Below, piece after piece: positions 1 to 9,253 of a DNA stretch of 64,000 bases (positions are counted from its first letter, which is position 1; every line of letters starts with the position of its first letter). The stretch covers positions 1-64,000 of IMG/VR virus record IMGVR_UViG_3300014911_000001. One strand, 5' to 3'. The notes under the pieces were generated by a model, which made no database searches, was not told the origin of the DNA, and saw only the letters and a list, made by a program, of their open reading frames with translations. A program made the translations under genes and the position numbers. This DNA comes from a virus.

Positions 1-1
1 C

Positions 2-1099
2 AGTATAAGAAATATTCCGAACGATATAGTGGATGGTGACGATTATGATACTTTGAAGGCTAATTGGAACTTTATAATAAATATTCCTTCAGGATTTGCA
101 GATGGAACAGATGATATTGGTGATGAATTAGCCGGAAAAGACACATTTGTGGCTTACTGGGACAGTATAAGACAAATGCCAAGTTGCTTTGCTGATGGAG
201 TTGATAATATAGGAGATGAGTTAGCGGGCGTTGATACAATGATAGCACAATGGGACTCTATAAGGGGAATTCCTTCTGACATAGCGAACGGCGATGATAT
301 AGATACATTTATTGCCTACTGGAACTATTTGCGAAATATACCGAGTGGGTTCGCCGATGGTGTGGATGATACAGGACATTATGAGCCGAAGGATACTTTT
401 ATTTCTTATTGGGACTCTATACGGAACATCCCCAATGATATTGCCGATGGTGACAATATAGATACAGTAAAAGCTGATTGGAATTATATAAAAAATATAC
501 CCTCTGGCTTTTCGGATGGAGTTGACGACACAGGAAAAACAATTGGCACAAAAGACACGATGATAGCTTATTGGGACTCTTTGCGCAATGTGCCGTCAAG
601 TTTAGCGGATGGGGATGATATAGACACATTCATTGCGCACTGGGACTCGATAAGGGGAAAACCGCAATTTTATTGGATAAATTTATATATTAAATTGGAT
701 GGTGACACTATAATAGATACAGTTTTTAATCAGGACACAGTAAAATCAAAAGCTTCTGACAGTTTAAATTACAAATATGTCAAAGCCAAACATTTACACG
801 GTGGTTCTAATCATTGGAGGGTAAAGGCAATATCGGCTTCGGAGCAAATTGATGATTCAACGACAGTATATTTATGCGATGCTTCGAGTGATGTAGTAAC
901 TTTAACTTTAACTACACCTTCTAATAATTCGAATAGATTGATAGTGGTAAAAAAAATAGATAATAGCTCTAATAAAGTAACTATTGATGCTGGTTCGAGC
1001 ACGATTGATGGTTCGCAGACATACGATTTGACAACACAATATCAATCTGTTATATTAATATGTGATGGGACAAAATGGTATATAATAGCGGATAGATAA
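2..1099 (+). CDS. Tail-fibre/spike-like repeat protein, 5'-truncated by the window
   Basis: Frame is open from base 2 (SIRNIPNDIVDGDD). About 8 repeats of DTxxAxWDSIRxIPSxFADG. C-terminal DASS..TLTL..KKID.S.NKVTI..TIDG..Y.SV.L..DG.KWYII module typical of phage fibres. Confidence 0.7.
   Translation, partial: SIRNIPNDIVDGDDYDTLKANWNFIINIPSGFADGTDDIGDELAGKDTFVAYWDSIRQMPSCFADGVDNIGDELAGVDTMIAQWDSIRGIPSDIANGDDIDTFIAYWNYLRNIPSGFADGVDDTGHYEPKDTFISYWDSIRNIPNDIADGDNIDTVKADWNYIKNIPSGFSDGVDDTGKTIGTKDTMIAYWDSLRNVPSSLADGDDIDTFIAHWDSIRGKPQFYWINLYIKLDGDTIIDTVFNQDTVKSKASDSLNYKYVKAKHLHGGSNHWRVKAISASEQIDDSTTVYLCDASSDVVTLTLTTPSNNSNRLIVVKKIDNSSNKVTIDAGSSTIDGSQTYDLTTQYQSVILICDGTKWYIIADR
29..665 (+). repeat. Intragenic degenerate tandem repeats (about 66-96 nt) encoding WDSIR.IPS.FADG units
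   Basis: Recurring tgggactctataagg / gc(a,c,t)gatgg blocks. Confidence 0.85.
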
Positions 1100-1101
1100 C
1101 T

Positions 1102-2520
1102 ATGAAACCAATTAACAGAACAACAACGCTAATATATAAGAAGGGGCGCAGGGTCAAGGTCGAGAAGCATGTTAAGAGGATTTATTATCCTGACCACAAC
1201 AATCCTAAAGTTCTAAAGCCCATCATAACAGAACCTAAAGACGCAAAGGTTTACTATACTGGTTACAAGCACGAAATAATCGACCACGACCTATTGATAG
1301 GGTTTTCGCCGAAATATAACGATTTGCCGTTCTTGCGCTTTACTGACCCGAAGACAGAAAATACATGGGTACTGTGGATTAAGGGGTTCGGTGACAATGT
1401 GCCAAAAACAGGCATACGACCGAAAATGATAGAACGATTAGAATACGGTATGCGATATGAAATTGACCAAAATACCGAGCTAATAATAAATGTGGCGGGA
1501 CATGCTATTAGCAAAGAAATCGTTGTTCACAAGCGCCCTGAATGGAATGAGTTGACTTTTATAATTTCACGATTCGGTGGACATTTGATAACAGGTAAAA
1601 CTTTCGGTAAAAACGAACCTTTATTAGCCTTTCGGAAAAATGATGTAAAACCGTTGTTTAAATTTTTGCGACCTGTTGTGAGGGATTCGGGTGATTATCA
1701 TAAGGACGAAATTCCGAAAGTATATAGACCTATGATAGTTTTAAGAAATATACGGGCTGGCGTGTGGGAATTAAAAATAAAAATATCTGATAAGTGGCTC
1801 GATGAAGCGAAATATCCGATTTATATAGACCCTTCACTAGAGATGCAACCTGATGAGGATGAAGGTAAAGATGCCCGTATATTATCCACGAATATTAAAG
1901 CCAATTGGGGATATTCTGTAGCACCACACGACCATCATGACCAATATCATAGTGGTGCTATCGGAACTTGGAATTCAACATATGATAAAACAAGATTTAT
2001 AATTCAATTCGATTTATCTGATATACCTTCTGGTGCGAATATTAATTCGGCAGATTTAAAATTATATCCTCTTTATATAAATAAAGCAATAACAATTGAG
2101 TGTCATAGACTAGTAACAGAATGGAATGAGGGCAATAAGCATGACGAGTATAATACAGCAGATGATGGAGAATGTTGCTGGAAATCACCAAAATATAATC
2201 AAGCAGATGACTGGGATGGCGGTGATTTTGATAGTTATCATACAGATGTGATAACTGATGATGGTATTCAGTGGTATACTTGGGATGTAACTCAACAGAT
2301 TCAGAACTCTTTATCGAACAATAAAGGATTGATATTAAAAAAAGATGATGATTCCTATTATGACTATGATGAGAATGGCTTTGTAACAAGTGGTTGCACT
2401 GATTGGACTGATAAGCGCCCTAAATTAATTATTGAATACACCGCAGATGACATATACTGGAAAATCCACAGAGTAGGTTGGGAAGGTGAGGAAAGACCAT
2501 TTGTATGGATTTTTGATTGA
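1102..2520 (+). CDS. DNRLRE (disaggregatase-related/CBM96-like) domain protein, putative adhesin or virion protein
   Basis: AKYPIYIDP, then KDARILS..NWG, RFIIQFDLSDIPSGANINSADLKLY, WNEG, WDVT, NKGLILK, RPKLIIEY. Confidence 0.75.
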   Translation: MKPINRTTTLIYKKGRRVKVEKHVKRIYYPDHNNPKVLKPIITEPKDAKVYYTGYKHEIIDHDLLIGFSPKYNDLPFLRFTDPKTENTWVLWIKGFGDNVPKTGIRPKMIERLEYGMRYEIDQNTELIINVAGHAISKEIVVHKRPEWNELTFIISRFGGHLITGKTFGKNEPLLAFRKNDVKPLFKFLRPVVRDSGDYHKDEIPKVYRPMIVLRNIRAGVWELKIKISDKWLDEAKYPIYIDPSLEMQPDEDEGKDARILSTNIKANWGYSVAPHDHHDQYHSGAIGTWNSTYDKTRFIIQFDLSDIPSGANINSADLKLYPLYINKAITIECHRLVTEWNEGNKHDEYNTADDGECCWKSPKYNQADDWDGGDFDSYHTDVITDDGIQWYTWDVTQQIQNSLSNNKGLILKKDDDSYYDYDENGFVTSGCTDWTDKRPKLIIEYTADDIYWKIHRVGWEGEERPFVWIFD

Positions 2521-2545
2521 CAGTCTATTAATTATCCATATTAAT
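2517..2545 (+). promoter_or_regulatory. Sigma70-like promoter TTGACA-N16-TATTAA
   Basis: TTGACA at 2517-2522, just upstream of the ATG at 2553. Confidence 0.5.
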
Positions 2546-2552
2546 TATACAT

Positions 2553-3026
2553 ATGAAGTTACAAAGTCTTAGTATCATATTAGCTTTTATTGTTCTATCA
2601 TTTTTCACTAATACATCTGCAAAAACATTAGGTTATGGCTTGATCACAGGATGTGATGTTTACCATACATATGGTGGAACTATCGGGTTCTTCACATATG
2701 GAGGACTAAAGTACTGGGGTATATCACTATCTTATCATCAATCATGGGATGGCGATTACTGTGGTGCTAATATTACTGTGAATAATTCATATCGGTTCGA
2801 GTTCTCAAAACATATTGGTGTAAGCATAGGCAGTTTGACTGGTGTTGGTATTTTATTTACTGACAAGATATTGAGTGAGCATATTGAAAGTTTCGTTGGG
2901 GTATTTTATAAGTGGAAGCGGGGCTTCCTTGAACTTGCATTACATACAATGGTCGATCCTTACCATAAGAAGACGTCGTTTAATAACTGTTATACAATAC
3001 AAATAAAGTATTTTAGGATATTTTAG
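2553..3026 (+). CDS. Signal-peptide protein, probable small outer-membrane beta-barrel
   Basis: Sec signal ending TSA. Alternating Gly/aromatic strands. Ends YTIQIKYFRIF with a terminal Phe. Confidence 0.55.
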   Translation: MKLQSLSIILAFIVLSFFTNTSAKTLGYGLITGCDVYHTYGGTIGFFTYGGLKYWGISLSYHQSWDGDYCGANITVNNSYRFEFSKHIGVSIGSLTGVGILFTDKILSEHIESFVGVFYKWKRGFLELALHTMVDPYHKKTSFNNCYTIQIKYFRIF

Positions 3027-3035
3027 GGGGTTATC

Positions 3036-3275
3036 GTGGCAAAGGATAATAAGAAGAAAGATAACGAGAAAAAACCATTTTGGAAGAGCAAAACCTATTG
3101 GGGTTTGTTTATAGCAGCCATGGGTATGGTACTAAGCAAATATGCAACATCACCATGGCTGTCAATGATTGGGCATTTCTTGGAAACATTTGGTCTTTTG
3201 CTTGCAGGTTATGGTCGTGCTAAGGCTGTAAAACAAATAATTTTTAAGAATAAAAATAATGGAGGTGAGGAATGA
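3036..3275 (+). CDS. Holin-like small membrane protein
   Basis: KPFWKSKTYWG followed by two hydrophobic helices and G...YGR; basic termini. Confidence 0.55.
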   Translation: MAKDNKKKDNEKKPFWKSKTYWGLFIAAMGMVLSKYATSPWLSMIGHFLETFGLLLAGYGRAKAVKQIIFKNKNNGGEE

Positions 3276-3571
3276 ATATCATGGAGGTTTTTGGCAATAT
3301 GGACTCGCCGATATTGGGCGCGCTTCAGCTCGTACTTAGATTCCTTGCTGGTAAGTTCGTTAAACCATGGTACGACGGGCAGCATACCTATGCTAAGTAT
3401 CTTATAACAGATGAAGCGCAGGCCCTTTATGATGGTCTATTGCTTCTTAGAGAAAAAACAACTGATGAGGAGAAGAAGAAGACCATAGAGCAGATAATCG
3501 AGCTTATACGGAGTGTGTTTGAAGCCGCCGAGTTTGGTGTAAACTTCAGAGGTATTGAATTTGGTGGCTAA
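3272..3571 (+). CDS. Hypothetical protein
   Basis: GGAGG RBS; ATGA overlap coupling. Confidence 0.7.
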   Translation: MNIMEVFGNMDSPILGALQLVLRFLAGKFVKPWYDGQHTYAKYLITDEAQALYDGLLLLREKTTDEEKKKTIEQIIELIRSVFEAAEFGVNFRGIEFGG

Positions 3572-4059
3572 TGAGAAAGGTTATTGTAACATTATTTGTG
3601 TTATTTAGTCTGATTGTTGCACAAGATTTTTCCTTCCATTATTCTCCATGGGAGGCCCAGCAGGCTAGAGCTGAATTGGATTACCGATTATGGAGAGGGA
3701 GCATTGTTTATGCTAAATTTGGCATGTGGAACCATTTTGGTGATGAAAAAGGCGCCGGCTTATACTTCGGTCTACCTGTGAAGGTTTCACTATATCAGGA
3801 TATCCTTAAGGCACAGGCTTCAACTAATTACGGTTTTGGATACTTATATCATGGTGATAAGCTTAACAAGTATGCAAACGGACAGGTGAATTTTGTTCTC
3901 CATATTAAGATCGGGAATACCTACTGTCTTACATGTTGCAAGGAGTATTCTAAGGATGTGTACCTTGATATCGGGATAGGTTATACGCTTTTCAGATATA
4001 AGTATGATGATTACAAAGATGTTGTTTCTATATTTTTCGGTGTATCATTTGTAAATTAA
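3571..4059 (+). CDS. Signal-peptide protein, probable outer-membrane beta-barrel
   Basis: MRKVIVTLFVLFSLIVA|Q signal; amphipathic strands YLDIGIGYT and VSIFFGVSF near the C-terminus. Confidence 0.55.
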   Translation: MRKVIVTLFVLFSLIVAQDFSFHYSPWEAQQARAELDYRLWRGSIVYAKFGMWNHFGDEKGAGLYFGLPVKVSLYQDILKAQASTNYGFGYLYHGDKLNKYANGQVNFVLHIKIGNTYCLTCCKEYSKDVYLDIGIGYTLFRYKYDDYKDVVSIFFGVSFVN

Positions 4060-4278
4060 ATGAAAGGAGGTCCAGTGGATTTACGTATTATTATCTTGGT
4101 TATTCTGCTCCTCACCATTCTTTATGTTGCTGGTCCAAAGGGATTTAGTTCACCCTATCATGAGTGGTCATGGTGGGATGCTCAGATTGGTTTAGCTACA
4201 TGGGTGCCCCCACCTGATACCTTGCCAGAATTGGACACCCTTAATATCCGTTTTGAATTCAGGGTGGTTGAAAAATGA
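4060..4278 (+). CDS. Small membrane/exported protein (start possibly GTG at 4075)
   Basis: N-terminal hydrophobic helix; AAAGGAGG precedes GTG at 4075. Confidence 0.6.
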   Translation: MKGGPVDLRIIILVILLLTILYVAGPKGFSSPYHEWSWWDAQIGLATWVPPPDTLPELDTLNIRFEFRVVEK

Positions 4279-4279
4279 C

Positions 4280-4307
4280 TTGACAGTTGGCGCCGGCTTC
4301 ATATTTT
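4280..4307 (+). promoter_or_regulatory. Sigma70-like promoter TTGACA-N16-TATTTT
   Basis: Intergenic, 8 nt before the ATG at 4315; the spacer contains a GGCGCCGGCTTC motif copy. Confidence 0.5.
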
Positions 4308-4314
4308 TTAACAC

Positions 4315-4710
4315 ATGAGAGAAAGAAAAAGGAAAAAGGGGTACTACAAAATTTTTGCTCTCTACAACCCACAAGCAAAGAAGCTCGCCTTTTCCCTCCA
4401 CTGGAGAAAGCATTCAAATGGTACATGGTCACACATATGTGATTCAGTTTATACGGATGTTAGCAAGGCATCAAAAGCAATCCAACTGTTGACAAAATTT
4501 ATTAACAAGAATATTTACAAGAGGTATAAGGTCAAGGTTATCCTTATAAGTGGATTTCCATCATCGATTGTACCTCTTGGTGTTTTATCTGATAGGATTG
4601 TGTTCGTATCATATTATAATGAAAAGCAATATAAGAGGTTATTAAAATTATCGGAGAGTAATTTGGTGGGAAGCCGGCGCCGTAATGAGGTACGTATATT
4701 TAATAAATAA
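4315..4710 (+). CDS. Hypothetical basic protein
   Basis: ORF in a tightly packed operon. Confidence 0.65.
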   Translation: MRERKRKKGYYKIFALYNPQAKKLAFSLHWRKHSNGTWSHICDSVYTDVSKASKAIQLLTKFINKNIYKRYKVKVILISGFPSSIVPLGVLSDRIVFVSYYNEKQYKRLLKLSESNLVGSRRRNEVRIFNK

Positions 4711-4993
4711 GGGGAGGATGAAGCGCGCGCCTCTTGATACTACAAAGCAGAAGCGCGCCTCGAAGAAGCTTGTCGAATCATATGTCAAGCAATATGGCAG
4801 CCTGCCTAAGGCTATTGCCAAGCTCATTAAAGAAGGCTATAATGTCATACCGACAGAGATAGGCTTAGTAAAATTAATGAATGTTATGCATAATAATAAA
4901 TCTCTGTATGTCCCTGTTGTTATGTTCAATGATGTTATTATAAAGGCGGTGGCTTCCCTTCAATTCAATGTCAAAGTGAAAGGAGGATCATGA
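4685..4993 (+). CDS. Hypothetical basic protein
   Basis: ORF coupled to the next gene; alternative start at 4718 after GGGAGG. Confidence 0.65.
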   Translation: MRYVYLINKGRMKRAPLDTTKQKRASKKLVESYVKQYGSLPKAIAKLIKEGYNVIPTEIGLVKLMNVMHNNKSLYVPVVMFNDVIIKAVASLQFNVKVKGGS

Positions 4994-5850
4994 GCAAAGT
5001 GTTATCATATCTTAGAAGCTGCGCGGCTTCCTACATTGAAAACGAACTTGAATATGCCTATAATGCGTGGATTTATGGTGTTAGGCCTGTGCTTTCATGG
5101 CAAGTACTTCCTCTTATTAACATATCAGATGAGGCGGCTTATGGAATCGTATCATTTGATATGGAGCATCCAACAATAACTCACGGGCTTGCCCTCTGGT
5201 CACCATTTTTATTTAACACCTATAAGAATCTGTATAAAATCATGGCTCAGGATGTCGACAGGCGCAACATTCTTTTGTATCCACACCATCTCTTCCTCAC
5301 GAATGAGAAGGATAAGAAACTCCATGATAAGTACACTAAAAAGATCTCACAGGATATGCCAATCATATGGCAGTCGTCATATGTACCGCCATTTATTTAT
5401 TCATACATAGCAGAGACACCTGTGGATCATACAGATTCCATCCCTAGTGGTTTTCTGAAAAAACCATTGGATAACAGGCTACCAATTGTAGCAACAGATT
5501 ATTTAACATCTGAATCAACAAATCCTTTTTCTGCCTATCTTACATCGATACCCACATTTGATGCCTTTTACATGGCATGGACATTCAAGTTATTTCCGGA
5601 TCTTGTTATAAAACAATGTGATTTGACTATATTGCCAGAGTTAAGAAGACAAGTTGTTGCAGTTCTATTATACACCTTATTCCCTGATAGCGAGCTTGAG
5701 CCTCTTATGGAAAAATATGATCTGAAGGAGTTTTCATCGTTTCCCGAATTTATCCGTCCATATTTGGAATTTATAAAGGCATTAAAGGCACAAGAAATAA
5801 TATATGCACAGGAGGAAGGAGGGAGTGATGAATTCATCATTTACGATTAG
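4990..5850 (+). CDS. Hypothetical protein
   Basis: 286-aa ORF with AGGAGG RBS. Confidence 0.75.
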   Translation: MSKVLSYLRSCAASYIENELEYAYNAWIYGVRPVLSWQVLPLINISDEAAYGIVSFDMEHPTITHGLALWSPFLFNTYKNLYKIMAQDVDRRNILLYPHHLFLTNEKDKKLHDKYTKKISQDMPIIWQSSYVPPFIYSYIAETPVDHTDSIPSGFLKKPLDNRLPIVATDYLTSESTNPFSAYLTSIPTFDAFYMAWTFKLFPDLVIKQCDLTILPELRRQVVAVLLYTLFPDSELEPLMEKYDLKEFSSFPEFIRPYLEFIKALKAQEIIYAQEEGGSDEFIIYD

Positions 5851-6532
5851 TAAACTTTACAGAGATTATGGGGTGGGCCTTTTTGCCGATGCATCACTAT
5901 TATTCAACATGAGTAATTGTCAAGCATGTCCTGTCAAGGAGGATCCAATTATCGATCTTAGGGACCCACCTGTGAGGTATTTAGTTATTGGGGATTATCC
6001 GGGTTTAGAGGAGCATCAAGGAAGGCGGCTCTTTATTGGGCCAGCAGGAAGATTCTTGAGAGAACTTTTGACCAAGGAGGGTATTGATGATGACAATGTG
6101 GCATTCCTGAATGCCTTCTTATGTTATGGTGCGCATAATCGTATTAACCATAACAACCCTGTTTACTATTGCCAACCAAGGATTTTGTATTATATTGCCT
6201 ATTATAATCCTGAGGTTATTATATGCATGGGAAGACATGCTTGTGGTGTATTGGAGATACCAAATCAGGATCTTTATGATAAGCCGACCGCTTATCGTTT
6301 GGAGACACCATGGTTTAAGGCCTATTTAGTAGCGACAATTAACCCTGCGTTGTACCTCAGGAATAAGTGGTCGGATGTTTTATATAAGAACATACTAATG
6401 GCTGTGAGATTAGCCAAGTGTCTTGGTGATTATGATTGTCCAACGATTGAGAGTGTTTCGATAGGATTTCCAGATAATGTGCAAGAAACAAGACCAAGGG
6501 GGATCACATGCAATATGAACGAGGGGTATTGA
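5828..6532 (+). CDS. Uracil-DNA glycosylase, family 4-like
   Basis: CQAC, VIGDYPGLEE..GR.FIGPAGRFL, NAFLC, YCQP, PEVIICMGRHA, TINPALYLR. Confidence 0.85.
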   Translation: MNSSFTISKLYRDYGVGLFADASLLFNMSNCQACPVKEDPIIDLRDPPVRYLVIGDYPGLEEHQGRRLFIGPAGRFLRELLTKEGIDDDNVAFLNAFLCYGAHNRINHNNPVYYCQPRILYYIAYYNPEVIICMGRHACGVLEIPNQDLYDKPTAYRLETPWFKAYLVATINPALYLRNKWSDVLYKNILMAVRLAKCLGDYDCPTIESVSIGFPDNVQETRPRGITCNMNEGY

Positions 6533-6909
6533 GCGATAAGTATGTTGATGTTGATTTAAAAAATCTGAAACTTATTCGTATTAATGCACTACCACAGACT
6601 ATACAGTCATTATATCGTATGACAATACAAAATCTACGTAGGGCGCCTATAGTTATTGAAGCCCCCACCTTTGAGTTATTTAATCGTATTGCAGCACAGT
6701 TTGGAGCGCAAGCTGATCGCATAAAAGAAACACGACCATTCGCAAGGTTTCTGTTTGTTGCATATGCTACATATGAAAGGGAAACGTATAAACGTGAGAC
6801 AATCGATGTACCAGTTATCATTTTTTATGATTTGGGTACTGATGTGGCAACATGGTTAGCGCCCCGGTTTTTTATCCCAAAGGTAGATCTAACAAAGGAA
6901 TTAGAATGA
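6508..6909 (+). CDS. Hypothetical protein, weak resemblance to a degenerate DnaC/IstB-type ATPase
   Basis: VPVIIFYDLGTD resembles Walker B LLILDDLG.E; no Walker A. Confidence 0.5.
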   Translation: MQYERGVLSDKYVDVDLKNLKLIRINALPQTIQSLYRMTIQNLRRAPIVIEAPTFELFNRIAAQFGAQADRIKETRPFARFLFVAYATYERETYKRETIDVPVIIFYDLGTDVATWLAPRFFIPKVDLTKELE

Positions 6910-7448
6910 TTGTTGTTAGCAAACAATGCATTGGAACTGATAGAGGTCTTATCTCGCCAAGAAAGTTGGAGCCGGGCCTCATTGTCTATTCATATGCGAA
7001 GAATGTATGGATACCAAATATTTTATTAGATATTGAGGAGGCCGGCTTCATTAACGTATTACAAATTAAAACATCCAACCCTATAATAGGGACAATCCAT
7101 GTGCCTAATATGGTAAGTGTAAGATTACATGGGCGGCTTCTCCTTTTAGACAAAGAACGTTTAAATGATCGGATGCGCATAGGGATTGTTTATGGTTTCC
7201 CTGTCCTTTTTGAAATAGCAAGGACTATAAGAAGTCGTATTGGTAGGTTATATTTGGGATTAGTGAATTTGCATAATAAAAGTATGCATCATAGATTACT
7301 ATTAGATAGAACACGTAAGTATCATAAGGTAGTGCCGAAGTTCGGTACTGTGCGCATAAAGGAATTTAAATGGTGCAAGATGTTAGCATATAATTTAATA
7401 TTGGAATATGACCTTCCTACTGTAGTTAATTTGACATTGCAATTCTGA
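6906..7448 (+). CDS. Free-standing degenerate Hint (intein-like) domain protein
   Basis: IGTDRGLISPRKLEPGLIVYS (block A-like); C-terminal VRIKEF..MLAYNLILE...VVN (blocks F/G-like); no Cys1 and no terminal His-Asn. Confidence 0.55.
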   Translation: MIVVSKQCIGTDRGLISPRKLEPGLIVYSYAKNVWIPNILLDIEEAGFINVLQIKTSNPIIGTIHVPNMVSVRLHGRLLLLDKERLNDRMRIGIVYGFPVLFEIARTIRSRIGRLYLGLVNLHNKSMHHRLLLDRTRKYHKVVPKFGTVRIKEFKWCKMLAYNLILEYDLPTVVNLTLQF

Positions 7449-7459
7449 AGGAGGTTGAG

Positions 7460-9253
7460 ATGCAATTTATACCAGTAGAACAGAGATATGACATAACAGC
7501 TTTGCTTGCCACATATCTCCACAAATATGGTTCTGATTGGTTGAGAAAACTCAGAGAGGATTTGAAAACAACACCATTATCGAAACTTATGGCTAATGTT
7601 GCTACTGATATTGATATAAGCAAGATGGATGAGGAGACTGCCAGCTTATATGATTCGTTATCGAAGATAGGCGGGCGCTTCGGTATAAGGCGCTCGCTTA
7701 ATGCATTCATTACCATGGATATTGATACTTATAAAGCCAAACTAGAGGATAATAGGTATAAGCTACTACAAGAATTTAAATATGAATTCAATGATCCCAC
7801 ATTTTTATTAAATCCACCTGACGATGCTCCTGTTCCTAATGTAACAGAATTTGGTCAGTTTTTGGGTATTATTGATGCTCTTGTATCAAGAGCTATCCCT
7901 TTTGCTATCATAAAGGATGACGCGCTACATGTTACATCATTATTCATAAAAACATTTATTAACATGCGTGACCTTGGATTATTTGAGAATACAACATTTG
8001 AGAACACTCATTTTCTTATTCATAATGAACAGCCGGTTGTATGGCAATCATTTGCTGAGGTAATGCAATATAGCGGTCCTTATTTAAGCAGTTTCGATAC
8101 AGTATTTGTGATGCCTGAATTTCAGGGTTCCTATGATGAGTGGCAGATTATTCTTAGCCTTATTGAGCAAGCTGGTATCCCAATCTTATTTGTTGAAGGT
8201 CGGACGATTGAACCATTCGTAAGCTATTTAACAGGTTATCTGAAGGATCAATCCGATATTGTTATTTTAGACCCTAAGGAGACGAAGAGGCCGTGGGTTA
8301 ATTATCTTATCAATTTCAGAAACAGGGTAAGAAGCGCGCTTCATATAGGTCCAAAGTTGCAACCCACAGAGACAACAAAAGCTTATAAGTCTTATGTTCG
8401 TTCGGCGCTTCCAATTATTAAGCAGATGGAGCATGAAAACATTTCATCTTTTATAAGCAAGCGCTTCTTTGAGCAGGAGAAAATTGTTGATGATATTATT
8501 AAGTGGATTCTCTTGCACAAACATCTTGCAGTAAAGGAACCGTTGAAACGGCCCTTTAGTATGCTATTTGTTGGTACAACAGGTACGGGTAAGAGCTATC
8601 TCGCGCGGCTTCTTATTGAATACTTCGATGTTCCTTCGTATACCATACATGGTAGCCTATTTAGTGAACAACATACGATAAGGATTTTATTAGGCGCGCC
8701 GCCTAGTTATGTAGGTTTCGGTTTGGTACCTGCCTTCGAGAAGTTCTTATCACAATTGGGTGGATCAGACCAATTTCCTGCTGGTATTCTTGTTATTGAT
8801 GAAGCTGAAAAGATGTGCCTTGAGGTTGTAAATCGCATATTGGTGCCTCTTTTAGATGGTGAGGGCATACAGTTTGCTGATGATAAACATATTGTCCCGT
8901 ATAACCTTATGGTAATCGCAACAGCTAATGGTGATGCGGCAGAGCTATCTAAAAGCATAGGGTTTGAGCAACAAGTTCTTGATGATCAAAAAATGGTGAT
9001 GGAGTCCATTGAGAAGTATATGACACCAGAGGTATTGGCCCGCTTCACAGCTGGATATTTTTTCTATCCTCTTTCAGTTGAAGCCCTGTATAAAATTGCT
9101 GTTAGGGAGTTTAAGAGATATGCTAATGATTTGTTTAACGATGAAGTGGCGAAAAAATTACGATCGTTTGCAGAAAGGGCCAAGCATGCAAGAGATGTAG
9201 AGCGGCAGGCCCTCATGTATGCATTCTCATTGATGAAAGGAGGTGATTTATGA
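7460..9253 (+). CDS. ClpA/B-type AAA+ ATPase (D2-like domain) with an unknown N-terminal region
   Basis: FVGTTGTGKS Walker A, LLGAPPSYVGF pore loop, LVIDEAEK Walker B, IATAN, TPEVLARF. Confidence 0.85.
   Translation: MQFIPVEQRYDITALLATYLHKYGSDWLRKLREDLKTTPLSKLMANVATDIDISKMDEETASLYDSLSKIGGRFGIRRSLNAFITMDIDTYKAKLEDNRYKLLQEFKYEFNDPTFLLNPPDDAPVPNVTEFGQFLGIIDALVSRAIPFAIIKDDALHVTSLFIKTFINMRDLGLFENTTFENTHFLIHNEQPVVWQSFAEVMQYSGPYLSSFDTVFVMPEFQGSYDEWQIILSLIEQAGIPILFVEGRTIEPFVSYLTGYLKDQSDIVILDPKETKRPWVNYLINFRNRVRSALHIGPKLQPTETTKAYKSYVRSALPIIKQMEHENISSFISKRFFEQEKIVDDIIKWILLHKHLAVKEPLKRPFSMLFVGTTGTGKSYLARLLIEYFDVPSYTIHGSLFSEQHTIRILLGAPPSYVGFGLVPAFEKFLSQLGGSDQFPAGILVIDEAEKMCLEVVNRILVPLLDGEGIQFADDKHIVPYNLMVIATANGDAAELSKSIGFEQQVLDDQKMVMESIEKYMTPEVLARFTAGYFFYPLSVEALYKIAVREFKRYANDLFNDEVAKKLRSFAERAKHARDVERQALMYAFSLMKGGDL

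Noticed and set aside
29-665. Diversity-generating retroelement TR/VR pair in the fibre repeats
   Set aside because: Differences between repeats are not adenine-specific, and no reverse transcriptase is present in the window.
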